DNA of 64,000 nt from Ptychomitrium polyphyllum (lineage: Eukaryota), in NCBI GenBank assembly GCA_973851085.1, contig OZ316775.1, forward strand, positions 6,324,001 through 6,388,000. Reading direction: 5' to 3'. The position numbers were made by a program, and so were the translations under genes. The notes under the pieces are model-generated. The model was not told the origin of the DNA. It did no database searches and was given only the letters and a program-made list of their open reading frames with translations. Each line of letters starts with the position of its first letter. Within the stretch, counting starts at the first letter, position 1. Below are positions 1-12,853 of this stretch, one piece after another.

Positions 1-329
1 AAACATCGCAACAGAACCTTACCAGAAAGATATCTAAAACTCATTTCAGAATATGAAAAACTGCTTTCCCATTCATTACACAATCACTAGACATATATAT
101 GATACACTATGAGGACCACATCCTGAGGAACTGAACACACATCAGATTAAGCGAGAGAGAGGCAAGGAAGGGTTTTGGATTTCGTCCACGAAGAGATGCC
201 TCTGAAAGAAGACGATTTTCGGTCCTGTTCTGGATGAAGATAGGATGAACTTGGAGAGCTTTGAAGGGCGAGGAGCAGGTTTTGTGAGATCATGTCCTGT
301 CTTTCAGCTGCTTCGTGCTAAATCTGCAA

Positions 330-760
330 TCCTTACCTGCACAGAGAAAACCAGTTATGAACTCAAGGATGGAGCTTCAAATTATCTCTGGCTTGCACCA
401 GGGATTCTGTAACTTTCTAAGTCTTGGTAGTACCTTGAGGGCCAGAAGAGTTTCCAGCTCCGGTTTGGCACCCCTGTTGAGGAATTCAAGTGTGTCCGGT
501 GGGTTGTTCGTTACAAGAAGTGGCAGGGGCGTGATGATGGTGAGCTGCACTAGCGAAGGGAGAGGAGAGGCGGAAGTGAAGAAGGTGGTTCTAAAAAAGG
601 GGAGTGCGGTGGTGGTAACGGAGGCGCCTCCGCTGTTGAAAACCGCAGAACCGATGCCCATGCTGCGACCCAACAATGGACTTATCTGCGTCGGTGATGC
701 AGGCCGGTAGGTGCTCGTCTCCCTCCTTGTGCATTCACAGTATTCTCCTGCTCGTTGTTG
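330..760 (-). other. Possible spliced 5' leader of a minus-strand gene that continues beyond the left edge
   Basis: Minus strand shows a CT-rich leader, a donor-like CAAG|GTAC (~433) and a polypyrimidine acceptor TTTTCTCTGTGCAG (~338-351). No recognisable coding sequence. Confidence 0.25.
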
Positions 761-3700
761 CAATTGCGGTGTTGAGCATTTCGTGATTAGAACGCAAGCC
801 AGCCGTTCGCAACAAGCTCTCTCCCTGGATTCGCATTTAGAACTTTGCAGTTTGAAGTATTTGGGAACATTTTATTGAGAGCTCTTCCTGTTGCGCTTGG
901 ATTCGTATTCAGGGTCAAAATTGTCAACATCTCGTGGGCAGTATATATCTTAATTCACTGATATTACATGAGTTTTATCAGTGATGTGGAAGCTCGTCGG
1001 CCGCTTTTCAACCCCTTGGAAAAGCTATGAAACCCTCAGGATTTTTTTTTCAATGCGCAATCTGCCTGTCTTTTGCTTGCGAACGGTATTGAATGAAACT
1101 TGTTGTTCAGAATACTGGATAGAAGACCCAAGGATACGTGGGCGGTGCGCTTTGCGGTAGGAGCGTACCTCATAGATCGCAAGTACTTCGAGCCGCTGGA
1201 ATTGTGATTTAGTCGCTGCCCTACCATGCGGCATCGACTACCCCTCCATGGGTGATGATCTATTGATGTTTGTGAGGTTGTCTTGGTTGTGTTTCTAATT
1301 ATTGTTCAATCTTGAAAGAAGCCAACATGCATCGTTCAGTCAGGTTCAGCCATTGAACAACGTACTTGATGTGTAACAGAAGCATGTCTTTGCAGAAGCT
1401 AGAGAGATTCTGGTCACGTTCGGATCTGCACTGGACCTGTTCACTACTGGAAATATGTATTTTGATTCATTTCTAGCGTTGCCGACTGAACAACGGCATT
1501 GGCGCCCTCCCATCAATTGCAAGTAACATCTTCCGGTGAGAATTCTCAGTGGTTATACAGGTCCAATTGTTTAGAAGTATAGAGTGTAACTTGGGACAAT
1601 GGAACTGCTATGTCGCTGGAAAATGCTTTTGCGTTGAATATATTCTGCTTGTTTCAGCGTTCTTGTGAAAGCATGTGGGACTGATGATTTTTTCGCGGTG
1701 AACAAGATTTTCATCTATTTCTGTTTCTTAATTATACATTAGTTTTTGAATTGATACGTCATTGTTCTTAAGTTCTGCAGGTTGCCATCTTCCTAAACCT
1801 TCTCTCAGGAAGATAAATCTTGTCTTGAGGTGGTGTGCAATCTAGAGACTGCATGAGTTTCATATTTTGAGTCTCTGCAATTTTTTTGTGATGACATAGT
1901 CTGCAGGAAATGCAGAGTCGTGAAATCACATGCTTGGAATGTGAAGTAGCGAAGCCAATGGAGTTACCATTTCACATTCCCTTGTTTAGCTGAAGTCTCG
2001 GTGTAATTCCAACAGATAGATGTAAAATATTGCTCCTGGCAGCTGTGTATGCACAACTTGTCTGAGGAAATGAATCAAAACACTAGGAAAACTGCATCCA
2101 TTTTTGGTGCCTCTCTTAATCACGAAGTTCTTGCGTTCTGCCGGATTTAGGAGAGTTGATTTTGTGCTGTTATTCAGCAACTGTAAATGTCATTGGAGAT
2201 GAATTGAATCATTTGTTGCTTGCCGGTTATAGCTACAATCTTGTGCTGATTGATTTCAAATGTGATTTGTTCCTTCAGTTCGTTTTCTTATATTTTTTTA
2301 ATAATTCCTGACATCCAGACATGTGAGGCTGCCAACAGAAGAGGTGCGAACCACGTTCGTAAAGCACTGCTGTTATGTTCTTCCTATTTTCTGCTGCGTT
2401 TTCATGGCTGGCTTGGCTGGCTGTAGTATAAGTCTGGGAAGATGCCCAATGTCTGAATTTCCTTACCTTTAGTGAGCCCAAATGTGTAAGGTTTGCCCTT
2501 CATATGTAGGAATTGGACATACAGTACCCCTCTTACCGAGTTTGTGGTACGGCAGGAGATTAAACCTCCTGAGGAATTCCCTTACTTTTTTTTTTTATTG
2601 CAGACCGTTGACGTGGATTTACAAGAACAGAACGTATAAATATCATCAATATGATACGAGGAGCCAGACCACAAAATATATTGAAGTGGGGAACTCTATC
2701 ATCGGAGCATATTCTCAGGCTTTGCACAGCATCCTTTCATGGCAATAGTAAATCAAGAGTCAAGTTGTTGTGACTCACGACCCATGTGCAAGCCAAATTG
2801 GTAACCATAGGGAGGAAGAATATGAATTGATCAGATTCTCAAGGTTCTCCTTTGGCGAAGTGTGTTTGACTATATTTGGGAAGGACGTTAATTACTCGTC
2901 ACGTGTTTCTCTCAACCAATGATAGTATTGTTCATGGCAGGACATAAAGAGCAGGGAAGATATTTTTGAGTGATTACAATTCTTTTGGATATCTTTTCCA
3001 AATTCGTGTTCTATGTCCAAAAAATAGTGTAGGGCATATCTCCCGCCAGGTCACAAGCCAATATCCTACAAGATGAAGTGTCCTGCATAGACCCCACTCG
3101 AGGCTTATCTAGCATTTTCAAGAAATATGTGCCTGTGGTCAACTTGGCCCCATACTTTTGTACACTGCTTATAAGTAGTAAACAATCTGTCCACTCTTTA
3201 TTGGCACCTGGCTGAGCCTGGTGGTGCAAGGAGATTAATCTTGAGTTAGATACGAGAGAATTTCTGGTAAGACCTGTATTCGTACACCTAGTAGGAAATT
3301 GGGCAGGCTTGCAAGGCTTGAACGATACGTTGTTTAATCTTCTGCCAAAATATCCCCTCAGACATTCGACATGTAAAGGTTCCGACTTTCCAACCTCTTG
3401 CAGGCGATTGGTTTGAAACATATTTATTTCGTTTGTCTAGGTTCGCGCGCAAGGGGGGCCAACTTCCGAACTTCGACGCAACCTAGATGCGCTGTAATTG
3501 AGTTTGGTGAAGGAGTCAATTTGCTACATTTCCTATGAGGGATGATTATGCTGCAGATGATTAGACTGCTACTTGGAGGCTAACTTGAATTACTGCAAAA
3601 TGGAGGATGACACTCTTGGAGGATAGCAACAAATGTGTACAGCACCAATGACGTCATCGAGTTTGAAGCCTGGATCCCACTTGCAATTGCAGGCGGCAGC

Positions 3701-4001
3701 AAGTCTCCATTCAACCAAGAAGATTTTCACTTTGCCATCTGCAGCTCAAGATGCTCTGGCTCACAAGACTAGAGAGCGCTTCAGAGACTTCACGCTAGCT
3801 TTGAGAGAAAGGATAGTGTGAATTTTCTGGCTTCCAAGCTCCTTGCCCAATGAAACCTTAATCGCAAAGCAATCATGCGCCAGGTTAATCTCTGATGGAG
3901 GCCAGGATAGAAGGTATGTAGACGCTTCCCAGCTCCTGGAATTTTGTTGAGCAGTACACGGGAGCTGTGTTGAGGCATCAGGGTAGGCCACTTCTCAAGA
4001 A

Positions 4002-4946
4002 ATGGAGTTGGATTGGCACAAACGATCAGGGAAGTCTACCCTTGATGGTTTCAGCCGCTCCCTTGCAAGAAAGGGTCTGGACATCCTCGACATGACGGGA
4101 GTGACAGCGGTGGGAGAGTACAAGCACAGCTCCAGGAGCCTCATTGATGGCGTCATTCGGAACCGTGTTGAAGAGACTCTAGGATCCGACAAGTATAAGA
4201 AAATTTGCAAGAAGCGCACAGTTCTAGAAAACATACATTATTGCCAATCAGGTCATCGGCTCCACTGCCTTCCCCAATCCCCTGCTCTTCCTGCTTGGTC
4301 ATGACTCTCAAGTTCCTGAAATTGTTGGTCCCCATGTTTTGCAACCATCATGAATTGAGCTGTCACCTGAATTTGTGCTGAATTTTTGTGCTATATAGGT
4401 TTATCATTTGTGAATGGCTTTCACAACCCACACAAGGTGGTACCAGTGCCGGGAGTGAGCACACTCGGGGACGCAGTAGCAGCACCGTCGTTCATCAACC
4501 ATGACTACCTCGTGCTAGAAGTTGGCTATGGCCATGGCAGTGACAGGCTCTTCATTAGGGCAGAGAAGTCGGGTCACCCACCGGAGAAAGCCGGCATCAT
4601 TCTCACCGTAGACCCCAGATTTGAGGAAACAAAGGAAAGTGTGTGTCTCTTCACAATCCAGTGCCATGATAAGGAAATAGGTTTATCAGAAATTCTTGTT
4701 ATATTGGCAGATCATAGCCCCGAATACTCCCTCAGAGACCAGAATTGTTGGCAGTACACTCGAAGGACTGTAAGGAGGCTACTTCATCAGTGCAAGCAGC
4801 AACCTGGTTTGAGTGATGAGGAGCTCAGCAGATTGCAGGCAGAAGAGAATACCATTGAGTCGAGAGTTGCAACCTGCAATCTCAAACGCGCTGTGCAGAG
4901 TGGTAAACATGGGATCAAGAATATGTGGTCTAAAGCATTTGGCTGA
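4002..4946 (+). CDS. Uncharacterised ~265 aa protein, putative permuted papain-like (LRAT/PPPDE-type) thiol enzyme; exons 4002-4251 and 4399-4946
   Basis: Two ORFs join in frame across a GT-AG intron (4252-4398). The product has NHDYLVLEV and a downstream YSLRDQNCWQY, resembling the YxLxxxNCxxF catalytic Cys motif. An in-frame upstream exon 3633-3815 spliced to 3987 is possible. Confidence 0.6.
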
Positions 4947-6120
4947 TTTTGAGAGTGGCTTTAGTGGAACTCACTCCTTTACATAAGGGGCCAGAAGCGC
5001 AAGATGCATGATTCTATGACATGCTGGGATTTGGGTTAGATTGGTACTCTAACCAAGCTCTGCTAGGTAGCTTCATACTTTGTTTGCATAGGTGCATGCT
5101 ACAATTTCTTTTGAAGTTGTGGCCGTGAATAAAATGCTGAGAGTTATGTGCTCTTCTCAACTACGTTCGTCTTGTTTTGAACTAACAAAAGGATGTGCTA
5201 ATTGAGAGTCTGATGAGAGAATGAATTTGTGAATGGAAGTACATAGCGTTTAGGTTTCTCAAGGAATTCAAAGAGAGACTTTTGACAAGTGGAATATGCA
5301 TGGTTTAAAGGTCCATTGCTTCAAGGTATTATAACTACAACATCAATTTATTCACTCAATGCAACAACTAAATGCAATGCAATCACTACAACTGACATCT
5401 TGGAAATGATTAAAAGAAAACAACTTTGTCTTCATAAACCTCTTTACTAATGCAATAGATCTATCAATGTAAAGAACCTATGAAAGCACCATTGTTGTCA
5501 TAGAGTAGGCAACCTTCAGCTTAACAATTTATGAAAGAACTGCCATAAATTGTTCACAGCAAAATTACATCCAATGCAAATAACAATTGCAAATTGAGAA
5601 ACAAAAAATGGTGACTAATTATGTACGTAGATATGGCTTACAGTCGACCAAGTCTCCAACAATTCCTCACTCTTTCCAAGAGCATGTAGATTTTACAATA
5701 AACAGTTCTCTAAGGTAACCAAAGCACAACATTCACTGACCTCTTCCAACGAAGTGTGATCCACCTTTAGGTTTCAAGTTGAGATGTTAAAAGAAAAATG
5801 AAGGCAAACAAACGTAGATATATAAAGTGATTGAAGTCTAAAATACATCATTGAAAATGTCATTATCTACGAGTCTCATCAAGATTGATAGAAGATTTAT
5901 ACTGCACTATCATTTGCAGTATCAAGATCTCATCAAGCTGCAACAGAATTCTACGGTGATAGATTAAGATCGACGGTTTCTACTGCGCTATTCTTTGCCC
6001 ACTTCCCCGGATCCCCAGTGACCCCTGTGTGTGTCCTGCCTCTTGCCAGAGTCACGGGTATCAACAAACGGTGTCATGTTAACTGCCTTAGTTTGTGGGT
6101 AACTTGTCAAATTACCCAAT

Positions 6121-7483
6121 TCAACCTTCAAACGGTTCATCCGCTCCTGCTCCTTCAGCCATTGTTCCAGCTTCGTGTCGTAAATACGACGAGTTTTTGA
6201 ACGGTACGGTACGGTTGTTGACCCTGCCCCCCTGGTATTGTTCGAGTCGCGTGATATCCATCACACTTAGTATGACCCCTGTACTCGTTAGAATGCGTAT
6301 CCGCAAATGGTTTAGGTTTGTAATAAGTAACTGCAAAATTTGTCACCAACTGCGAAATTCGTAACACATCATCTGGCATATTTGCCCTGATACAGGGATT
6401 CATCAATCGAGGTGCCGCTACATCTTCCTTGCAATGATCTCCTCGTGCTTGCCATGCTGGTTTAGAATCTTCTTCTGCTTGCCACACTTGTGAGGCATGA
6501 TTCTCCAAATGCAAATAATCTAATGTAGATTGTCACTAAAGTTTGGACCACCCACTTCCTGAGTAGATTCCATCCGGTTTATTGGCACTAGAAAGACCAG
6601 CTTCACAGACCACTGAAATTGATAATACGTTTAGCCAAACCACAAGCACAGCTTTGCAGTACCACTTCTCCAGTTTGGGACCAGCATTGCCCGTATGTTT
6701 CTCACATGCTTCTTCATCTGGCTAAATATTAAAACGACCTTCTCCTACGTTGATAAGAGTCTCTATTTGTAGTGCCAGACTTTATCTTTTGTAGCTCTTC
6801 TAAGCGGTCAACAAAGAAGACTGCAATAAAACCCAAGTGAACTGACTATGTCCGTATCAAATTCCTTCACTGCGTTGTAGTGCTTGACCATTAGTTTTAC
6901 CACCTTTCTAGCCCTCCTCTGTTTGAAGCTGCAAGATCAAGGTTGCAAAGATCCTTTTTTTCTTTTTCCGTAACCCTATGAAAGGTGAAGTGACCGCCAG
7001 CTTCGTAAAATAAAAGTTTATTTAGTTGCGCTTCAAGTTACGCTCCTTCTCCATCAATACCGAGCGAGCCCACAGTCTTTGTCGAGAGTTCCTGGACAAC
7101 GTTTGAAATGAATTCTGGCGCTCCAGGAAATATCACTTTGGAGGCATCCACCTGCCAACATCGCCGAACATATTTATCGACCACAGCATTAAATCCACTC
7201 CCGAAGGACGCCTGCTCGCATACTCACACAGTTTAACTGCGTCCTCGGCAGAGAGAAGGAGCTAGAACTCGCCAGCACCCTCAACATGAAAGGATTTCAG
7301 GATGAATCCTTCTGAGCACTTGACGGTTTCACATGCTGCAAACGTCCCAGGCTCTTTCGACAGCATTCTTGATTTCTTTTCATCCGAAGGTGTCCAAAGA
7401 GCCCTGAATAGGTTCCCAAAGAGTTGTTGTCGTAGTCCTTCTGCTCCTTCTGCGAGTACTACATGTTGCTTGTGCCCACACAA
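6121..7483 (-). pseudogene. Degenerate 2OG-Fe(II) oxygenase-domain gene
   Basis: Minus-strand translation across stops and frameshifts: PGTFAAC...FHVEGAGEF*LLLSAEDAVKL / AVVDKYVRRCWQVDASKV...LEAQLNKLLFYEAGGHFTFHRVTEKEKRIFATLILQL...GG, then PDEEACEKHTGNAGPKLEKWYCKAVLVVW. Several in-frame stops (e.g. 7262-7264); the HxD motif reads HRV. Confidence 0.75.
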
Positions 7484-9608
7484 AATTGCAGTTGCATATC
7501 CTCATATAATGCAGTTAGATAAGTACATGCAGGATCATGATTTTGGAGATATAATTGGTGAATATATACTTACTTAGTGGATCGTCTTCATCAGATGAAT
7601 CTTGTTGCAATTAAATAAAAATAAACTAGAAAACGAGAGTTTAACACAGTCTACTCTTGCAACTCATCCACAGTCTCCATCTTCAACCCTTGCATAGAGA
7701 ACCCCACGGTCACTACTCTAACGAACAACATCAATCATGTTACCAAATTGAGACTTCCAATATTTTGAAGCAGAATCTCTCTCAGAGATTCTATAATGAC
7801 GTCCAAAAAAAGTATCAAGATAAACAACAGCTGAAAGATGATGGAATATTACCGCGTGACTCCATCCTGCCGCAATGCTCGATAATGTATAAGTTACATC
7901 ATATCATTCGTCTTTTTCACCTTCAACTATGATGCTCCCACTACCTCCTGCAGAAGTATTGTTGATACCTGATCACAGAAAATAACGAGGCAAAGATTGA
8001 TAATGTCAACACAAAGTACAATTATTCACTTTCAAACATTGGGTGAGGTTCCTTCTATGTAACATACCTTGAAACGGTTTTACCCGCCACTTATCAAGGG
8101 TGATTTCTTAATGAACAGGAACGTCACAAATTTTGGCTCATTTTTACTCATAACCTTGCGTAAAATTTGTAATGCGCATTTTGAGCTACATTGCTGCTGC
8201 CAATGACCCTTAAGCGTGCATGCCAATACGTTGGCAACATATTGCAATGCGGGTCTTGACGGTGGTTTTCTAATGTGCCAAAGAGCATTGACATCCTGAG
8301 TACGGTGAGTCAAAACTCTATCAAGTTTTTCCGTATTATCTCCAGAATTGTACCACTCATTCGAGAATCTCAGTTTCACATTAACCTTATACTTGCCATT
8401 GCGTTTGTTTCGCTAACCTTTCAACAAGGCGGACTCATAGCAATGAAGCTTCTTTGTTCGCTGATGAGGCTGGAGTAGGATTACTTCTCGTATCACACAA
8501 CTACTCCTAAACGATGGAAACCGTGGAGTCCAGATCCCATCAAAAGGAACAACACTAACATAGAAACAATATTCAACATTCCAATGAGCTGCTGCCCAAA
8601 ATCCTAAAACACGGAATCTCTACAAGGCTCACAAGGCTCAACTACGCAAATCACAACCATTACAAACCTTGCAGAAATGAATTCACTTGCATGTTACTGC
8701 CCAGCTGAGCCTGCCATCTGCTCCCGCCGCTCTTGAAAGATCTGGCGATTAAGAAAAGAATTAATCCACGAGCTAAAATTGCATTTTCACATGGTCGACA
8801 TTGGAAAGGTATCAAGATTGCTACCTAAATAGCTCAAAGAATAATTTTAAGTGAACTGATAATCCAAGCGACCACTTGGCGTGCTCCTTCCAAAACCGAT
8901 CCCGCCTGCGCAAGCGCCCGAACCGCTCCGCACAAGCGAGGACGAAGTGAAGCAGTGAGTACTTCAAGCGTGCGCAGTGTCAGGAAGGACGAAATCCGTT
9001 GCCCGCGTGGATTGTCATCTCCTTGGTCCTCTCATCGTCTTCGCCGCGCGGTCTGGCCCCAGCTCGTCGCCGCATCCAGCTCCCTCGGCTACGGCTTGAA
9101 TCGGTATGTGATCGGTTGACCGTTACCTTAAGCCCTAGCGTGAAACCCTGAGAATGCTCACCACAACTTAGTATTTTCAGTCTCTTATCGAATCAATCTT
9201 CCCTCATTATACGAATTCCCAGGTGCAGATGCAATACTAGAGACACCATGTAAACGAATCGAGGATGTCGATGTGCTGCTCGTAGAAATCGTGAAATTCG
9301 CAAACTTTAATGCTCCTGTATTCATTGTATGGCATCAGTTTCCGAGGCCTATTTGTTTGTCGTATCTCTGTTCCATATCTCCTACTAAGCCTGATTCTGC
9401 GAAGTCATGGAGAAGGCCGATGATACCTTTCCAGAATCCTTGAATCATGACCAACAGAATACTAGCCATTTCATTTAAGATTTGATAAAACTACAATGGC
9501 ATATACTTAGTATACGCTGTCTCAAAAGACAATCACACTTCTGTAACCAAACCGGAGAACTCCTAACATCTTTGGCATCTTGAATAGGTAGGACCATTGT
9601 GCCCTCAT

Positions 9609-11722
9609 CTAAGCAATAAACTCACAAGCAGGTTGCGTCCCTTTCTGTACAGTATCCATGACCTTGGCCAAGTAGTGTGTCGTGAGGAAGCATCGCTTGC
9701 AGTTAGTGTTAGTTGCACTGCTTAAACCTTCAACTTCAACCATGCTCCGACGCGTTGATACGGTATCAAATACGCAAGTAGGTGATTCAAAACATTTCTT
9801 ACAATAGGTGTTCATGTTTTTCTGGTACAAGCACAGCAAACCAAGCTGTTCGTTCCATGATGTTCGCATAATTTCATCCCACCTGTTTCAAGAAAACCCA
9901 ACTTTTTCAGTAAACGAACCACACTCAGATTGTGTTGAATCACATCAGAGAGAGACCACCATCTAAATCTCACAACGAGCCGAGACAAGCCCCACAAAAG
10001 AGCTTGCTTTTCGAACTGAAGGCGGCGATTTTGGCAACAAGACCCAAACAATCAAGCATGCAGAGCATTGTAAACATCACGAAGCACAAGAACAATTTGA
10101 GATCGCTTTGCAAGAGTACTGTCTACATTGGAATGAAAGGTATAGACTGAACGTGACAAAAGATGTGGTAAGTAATAATGTAAAACTTACTGATCGGCGA
10201 TGATGATAATACTCTTCTTGTGTTCTGCATCGAGCGTCAGATTTCTAACTTGAAGTGCAGTCTTAGTCCCTGCTGCACTGTAACATTAAGAAAGATGTAA
10301 GCAAATTGTTAAGTCCACTACCACCAAAATCATCTCACGTCAACAGCTAGTAAATACGTGATTAGAGAGAAGAGCAGACCTGAATCCTATAACAGGAATT
10401 GCTGAGTGCGTCGACAGCGCTGCAGAAACCAAAACTGCCAGACCCACTCCCAAACTATGTCCTGCCAAACCACTTACAATCATCAGCTACATATACTCAC
10501 GCCATTCTAGCACAAAATAATCTACTGAAGACATTCAAACTTCGAGCAGGACTCATCTTCCCGTTCAGCATTAAACTTAAAGTCCGTCTATGAACATGGG
10601 ATACTGCCAAGTTACATGGTCGCAGTCCTGTACACAAGGCTAGCACTACTGTGGGGTGGCAAGATAAATGTTAGCACGTTTCAAACATAAAACATGAAGC
10701 ATACGTACCTGTTAACAGAACGGACGCAGACGGATAAGCATCTATCGCCTGGACAACAGCCACAAACAAGGGACGGGATTTTAATCCAACGTCTACTAGT
10801 TAACAAGAACATCATACGAGAAATTTCCAACCCAAACAGAAGAACATGGACGATGGTTGCCAGGAATAAATGCCGAGGAGCATACAATACATCGCAAAAC
10901 GCTTTCCAAAACGTGCGTACAGAAGACATCACCTTCCGCGTATACTCAACCGCTTGAGAAAAATAGTCGAGAGTTGCATCCTCAAACTTATCACACATGC
11001 CAGCAGGAAATGGGCAACTCTCTCCACCTGGAGTTCCCCACAGACGTGCGTCTGCACACAAATCAGCATCACAATCTGTGGTCTTCCCGACTTGAGTTCC
11101 TCGAAATGCCACCACAATGCGACCGTCTGCACCACCGTTCACTTCCTGCATCACCACAGAAGGTGTTTCAAATAAATCAAATTCTCCTTCTCAAAACCAA
11201 AACTTAGCATAAACCCTATTCCCTTCAAGTTCCGAAGAAAGATTGTAGAGTTGCAAAACTCAACTCTCCTACAGTACATAGATGATCAAGTAGTGGTGAA
11301 CGAGACCAGAGGTGAACAAATCTCGATATACAGCAGAGAGGAGAGGTCGATCAGTGGAAAATCAAGGAGGAAGAAAAGCTCGGTTATGATATGAAACCCT
11401 AAAACTCAATGTGGGGTTTGCGTACCTCGTAGACTTGCGCGTGCACTCCACCGTCCGCAGGCGCAATCGGCGCTACGTTGGAGGACACAACCCACTCCGG
11501 AATGTCAACAGAGACTTGATCGGGGTACCTGTAGGCATTGGCGCTCATCTGCACCAGAGGCGCAGCAACTTGGTCTCGGAATGCAGGGCCGTCAAGCTCA
11601 GTCAGCCCAGCGATGATCGAATTCCACGCATTCTCTCCTTGCGATGTCCCGGCTAGATGCAAGATCAGCAAGATCGGTAAGAAAAGCTTGGTGAACACCA
11701 ATTTCCCTTGCGTTATCGTCAT
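9609..11722 (-). CDS. Secreted or membrane-anchored class-3 lipase (alpha/beta hydrolase), ~330 aa; exons 11722-11426, 11145-10933, 10748-10709, 10461-10380, 10277-10191, 9882-9609
   Basis: All junctions are GT-AG and keep frame (993 nt). Hydrophobic N-terminus (KLFLPILLILHLAG), IVVAFRGT motif, nucleophile elbow LLTGHSLG split over exons 3 and 4, Cys-rich C-terminal exon. Confidence 0.9.
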
Positions 11723-12670
11723 ATCTGTGAAACCCGGCAAACATAGAGATTACGAAAAACACACGACTCGATAGATTGGATTACATAAGAATCTCGTACT
11801 AAAGTTGCGCAGGCTGGGTTACACTGAATGGTGCAAGTCTTGCTGCGAAAATCTCTATTCTGATCTGAAGCAAATGTAAGTCGTAAGAGGCAGTCTCCGA
11901 AAACCTCCGATTACTACAATTACTGTATTCTTTGCTCTTTGGAAGAAGGAAAGCATGAATTGCTTTAATAAGTCGAGAACTATGAAGCATCTTTGAAAGA
12001 TGCATTCCGGAATCTTGAACGAATATATAAACGGTGCTTTTCTCTAGTGACGGCTCTTCTGACATGATTCAGATCTTGCAACATACTATGTATACACAAA
12101 TTATCATATTCACGCAGTAGTATACTAGGAGCAATATGATTTTTTTAGTTTTGAGGAATGTCTGGTGGAAATTTGGCTTCTGATGACATAACGACGTAAC
12201 CTCAATGCAACCCATTTTGGAAGTGGGCATAGCCATGCATTAAACTCCAGATTGAATTGGGTGCAAATTTTAATCACAGTGCCGTTATTTTGTATGCTTC
12301 AGAAACGAAGCAGATAGCTTACAAATTTCAGTTGATTCTACGTCTTTCTTAGAGTTGTGAGGCGAGGGATGAATTCCGATGAAACTCGTCAATTTGAGTC
12401 CCTACCAAGTTCAAGCCAGGTCAGATTGTCAAGCTAGTTCGATCAGTTGCATGGTTCAGTAAATTACTCCAGACAGGCTTCAATTGGTTCTCATACCTTG
12501 AAAATCAACGTTTAAATTCTGCTGCAGGAATCACTTATACAATCTCCTCCCGCCATTGCTATAGGAGAATCGTTACTTCACCATTCTCGCTGTTGCTATG
12601 CGTGTCTGTAACTTCGTGAATGATGCAGTGTTTAGGGTATGAATCCTAAACAATGAATCCTCCATTTCGA

Positions 12671-12797
12671 GGAGAGGCTCAAGTATCACATGATTTAGCA
12701 CGTGACCAATTTAGTAGGATGATCCAAGGAGAGGCTCAAGTATCACATGATTTAGCACGTGACCAATTTAGTAGGATGATCCAAGGAGAGGCTCAAG
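12671..12797. repeat. 57-bp direct tandem repeat, two perfect copies plus a partial third
   Basis: GGAGAGGCTCAAGTATCACATGATTTAGCACGTGACCAATTTAGTAGGATGATCCAA starts at 12671 and 12728; a partial copy starts at 12785. Confidence 0.95.
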
Positions 12798-12825
12798 CTC
12801 ATCACATCATTCAGCAGTACTCAAT

Positions 12826-12853
12826 TAAGGTTTAGGGTTTCGGGTTTAGGGTG
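12826..12853 (+). repeat. Short interstitial plant telomere-like (TTTAGGG) tract
   Basis: TAAGGTTTAGGGTTTCGGGTTTAGGGT; a related tract TAGGGCTTAGGGTTTAGG lies at ~13173-13189. Confidence 0.75.

Noticed and set aside
12671..12797. 57-bp repeats as a CRISPR-like array or a repeat protein (ORF 12653-12835)
   Set aside because: Copies are head-to-tail with no unique spacers, there are no cas genes and the context is eukaryotic. The ORF exists only because the unit is a multiple of 3.
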